Assembly: GCF_006345805.1 (NCBI RefSeq)
Contig: NC_043023.1
Location: 20,584,001-20,648,000, forward strand
DNA: 64,000 bases
Reading direction: 5' to 3'
DNA from: Octopus sinensis
Taxonomy: Eukaryota
The translations under genes and the position numbers were made by a program. The notes beneath the pieces were generated by a model. That model saw only the letters and a program-made list of their open reading frames with translations, had not been told where the DNA came from and made no database searches. Positions 63,639 through 64,000 of the stretch are shown piece after piece (position 1 is the stretch's first letter; each line of letters starts with the position of its first letter).

Positions 63639-63708
63639 GCCAAGATAAAACTCTGAGTTTCGGATGCCGAGGTGGAAATCCACAACACCATCTCTTCGGT
63701 TATCTGGC
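63639..63708 (-). ncRNA. hammerhead-like motif, CCGAAGA core
   Basis: GCCAGATAA-CCGAAGA-GATG...CATC-C-GAAA-CTCAGAG-T-T-TTATCTTGGC; stem I 6 bp perfect plus extension. Confidence 0.7.
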
Positions 63709-64000
63709 CATCTGAAAACCAGGAAATATATATATATATACACACACACATAGTATATTTACTTGCACTTAGTATCACTTAATTACATAGAGAAGTCGGA
63801 GTCGGAGGTGCCGATAGTAGAGTAGTCGGAGTTTTTGTTTCGACTCCACAGCCCTGGTTGTAACAAGGAACACTTTTTTATATTATTTTACTTATGTCTA
63901 ACGAGTCCTCATTACCCCCAAGAATTTTGTTTTTATCCCACTGAAGGTAATTTACCCTAGTTCGCTGACCCCTGGTTTTGACAGTTTGACTGGAACTGGT

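Noticed and set aside
58285-64000. KDM5 exon 3 (ARID start)
   Set aside because: No matching peptide in any frame; presumably beyond the window

Overview
AT-rich, microsatellite- and retroposon-dense animal DNA. The SINE families and (TA)n/(CA)n/(TATC)n load suggest an octopus genome; this is an inference, not checked against a database. One host gene is clear: the first two coding exons of a KDM5/lid (JARID1) H3K4 demethylase on + (24743-24901 and 58207-58284), separated by a 33.3 kb intron; exon 3 is not in the window. The rest is mobile and repeat DNA: a 3.5 kb 5'-truncated Tx1/L1-clade LINE flanked on both sides by a (TATC)n/(TACC)n microsatellite, CR1 and RTE LINE 3' ends, a Penelope-like GIY-YIG fragment running into TTAGGG-like repeats, internally deleted mariner and piggyBac copies with MITEs, Helitron-like elements, at least five SINE-type families and many foldbacks. 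The most notable observations are: (1) four sequence-unrelated small hammerhead-ribozyme-like motifs, three with a CCGANGA rather than CUGANGA core; (2) possible (TATC)n-specific targeting by the Tx1 element; (3) single-headed 184-bp SINE-body concatemers confined to the first 21 kb; (4) an out-of-frame uORF overlapping the KDM5 start codon. Coordinates were counted by hand; repeat boundaries may be off by some bases.
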